A stretch of DNA of 64,000 nt from Convolutriloba macropyga (Eukaryota): positions 37,076,001 to 37,140,000 of the forward strand of contig NC_134475.1 of the NCBI RefSeq assembly GCF_964194025.1, read 5' to 3'. The notes beneath the pieces were generated by a model. That model did not search any database, had not been told where the DNA came from, and was given only the letters and a program-made list of their open reading frames with translations. The stretch's first letter is position 1. Every line of letters begins with the position of its first letter. Position numbers and translations under genes: made by a program. Shown here piece by piece: positions 61,901 through 64,000 of the stretch.

Positions 61901-62705
61901 ATTTGACAAAAACGACGCAAGAAACGACAACAGAACGACGAAGAAACGATCATTTCATACACTTATAAGACGACTTAAACGACGGAAAGAAATGAAAACG
62001 ACGAAAACTACAATTTCTTACAAAATATTGTCGCTTTTTCGTCGTTGTCCTCAACACGGGGCAACAGGGAGGGGGAATTCAGGGTAGCGCCAAGCTGGCC
62101 TATGGGATCCTGTCACAATCCAACCAAAAAACGTTCCTCACGGTACTAACAACTTAATTGTTCGCCCGGATATCAATATCAGGACTCCCAAATGACATCA
62201 TGATTCACTCATGCAGATTCGCCATTATTGGCGATAAAATGGTAGCGATCAGAAAATACAAGGAGGTACATTTGCGACCAGTAACCTTACAAGAAGGCAT
62301 CAATTCACTAACAAGGGAGCTTTATAAACCTAACAAGTGATCAGCTTGTACGAATCAAAAATCAGGAGGTGGAACGCTACTCATTGTGAGAAAAAGTTAA
62401 ATATGAAACTCTGGAGAAGATTTTAATTATCTTAGGCCGTCTCATTTGAAAAAAATGTGTCGAGTTCAATTCTACAGCTAAGTAGCAACAACGATTTAGT
62501 ATTGGTCCAGCCTACAAATAACCATAATAGTACCAAAACTTGTTCATTAGTGATCCACTTAAAAGAATTGACCGCGTATCATGCGATGGCGTGAAGTAAT
62601 TCTTTTAGGTGATATCATTTCCACAATAAAAAGGGAACAAAAAGCTGCAGTGATTGTTCCGTACGCATTAGATATTAGTAACCAAAAATCAACTGGACAC
62701 AGTAA
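58819..62705. repeat. Tandem duplication, ~1.94-kb period
   Basis: taacaatgtattatttctgatagat at 58819 and 60763; ORFs at 59780 and 61723 are offset by 1943. Confidence 0.95.
59559..60123. mobile_element. CCC...GGG TIR MITE with internal tRNA-like module (second copy at 61502-62060)
   Basis: 13-bp TIR CCCGTGTTGAGGA (perfect in copy 2); (AAACGA)n interior; minus-strand TAGAGCAGTGG...GGTTCGAATCC at ~59727-59801. Confidence 0.7.
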
Positions 62706-63549
62706 CGACGGTAGTACAGTTCTTGGCTACTGCAGAACAAAAAAAAACGTTCGTTTCCAAGAAAAGCCCTTGTTTTGGAAACACTGTTTGCTCTCAGATC
62801 ATTACACAGTTCTTTTTGTATCTAATCTCACTTGTTGCGAAGAGTAAGTATGTAGGAGTAATAATTTTCGGTAAATCAAAATACAGTGTAAAACAATTGC
62901 AGCAGGCTCCATGGCATCCAGTTAAAAGAGAAACTAACCGAACCCGCTTGTTTTATTTTTGCCCAAGCAGTTTTCAAAATGTCCTACAAAACTGCTCACC
63001 TTTGACTGAAAGTCTGCAAAATTCAGAGTCGAGAAAAACGCAGGGAAAAATTGTGAAAAAAGGAAAAATTTGAACTATTAAAATGTGATCTCTGCCTAAA
63101 AAATATTTGCACAGTCAAGGTAGGTCCACCATCAATAAATATTGTTAGCAGGATTACGAACACTGTAGCGCAACAACCCCGATGAGGCGGGACGGGTTTT
63201 GGCACGTTAGAGATTGAAGCTGTTAAAGCTCAAAAGATATTTGAGAGAATAAGAATTTATTTTAGGAGATTCAAAAGAGATGAAAATTGTAAAGATTTTA
63301 GCAAAAATCAGCGGTATATATATTCTAAAAGATAAATATAATCTTTACAGTGTACATTTGTTAAAAGGTTAACGTATCAAAAATCAGGCGATTTTGGGGC
63401 GTATGAGTGGGCGTCATTTCATTATTACATACAAAATTTACTTCACTTGAGATGGTTCACAAAGTGGCATTTCCTATTCAGTATTAGTAGATAAATATCA
63501 ATATTTGACAAACATACAGATCTCAACTGATTTACATTCATTTTCTAAA

Positions 63550-64000
63550 TTGTGAGCTACAGTTGTCGTTATAAATCTGGTAAGTTTGTTTTCTTTCTGA
63601 GTTTATCAACATAAGTTAAGTTTCTAAGCTCTAAGATACTTTCTAAGTTCTTTTCTGTGCTCCAATACCCCCCACTCAGATTGTTGCCGCTAGGTAAGAA
63701 TCTGGACTCGCCCAATAATTGTTCTCGATGTTGTTCTACTTTCTGCTGTGGCAAAGATTTTGTCAGAAGATCTGCTGCCATTTCATCTGTTGGCGTGTAG
63801 ATTAATTTGATTGAGTTGTCATCAACTCGTTCTCGGATGAAATGATAATTCGTGTCGATGTGTTTAGATCGTTTGTGAAGCACCGGGTTAGTTGCAAGCT
63901 TTATGCAACTCTGGTTGTCCTCTCCAATGGTTGTGGGCTCAAACTGTTCGTACCCCAGTTCTCTAAGAAGACCACGCAAGAAGATGGCTTCTTGCACCGC
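63550..64000 (-). mobile_element. Ty1/Copia element 3' end (RNase H, PPT, start of LTR); continues beyond window
   Basis: EDNQSCIKLATNPVLHKRSKHID..YHFIRE, MAADLLTKSL; PPT GAGTGGGGGG at 63677-63668. Confidence 0.93.

Overview
AT-rich, repeat-dense eukaryotic (invertebrate animal-like) DNA with one real host gene: a minus-strand, two-exon ZNFX1-like gene. Exon 1 runs 48631-46974 and exon 2 runs 24567-18915, giving about 2436 aa after splicing. The protein has a UPF1-like SF1 helicase, about 20 NF-X1-type zinc-finger units and, unusually, two degenerate PARP/ADP-ribosyltransferase-like domains at the C-terminus where ZNFX1 normally has an RZ finger. Its 22.4-kb intron is mostly a 25-unit, ~678-bp head-to-tail array. 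Each unit has Helitron-type ends (TC...CTRR) and carries two back-to-back tRNA-derived Pol III-like modules. Three older sister units follow, and a perfect 22-bp inverted repeat brackets the whole block. The rest is decayed transposons: CRE-like and CR1/L2-like LINE fragments, a duplicated Copia, a second Copia, a BEL/Pao, MITEs, and a Penelope-like element with a PHD finger inside its RT and a hammerhead-like motif. There are also a foldback palindrome and four local tandem duplications. All family assignments are from motif recognition by eye; no searches were run.
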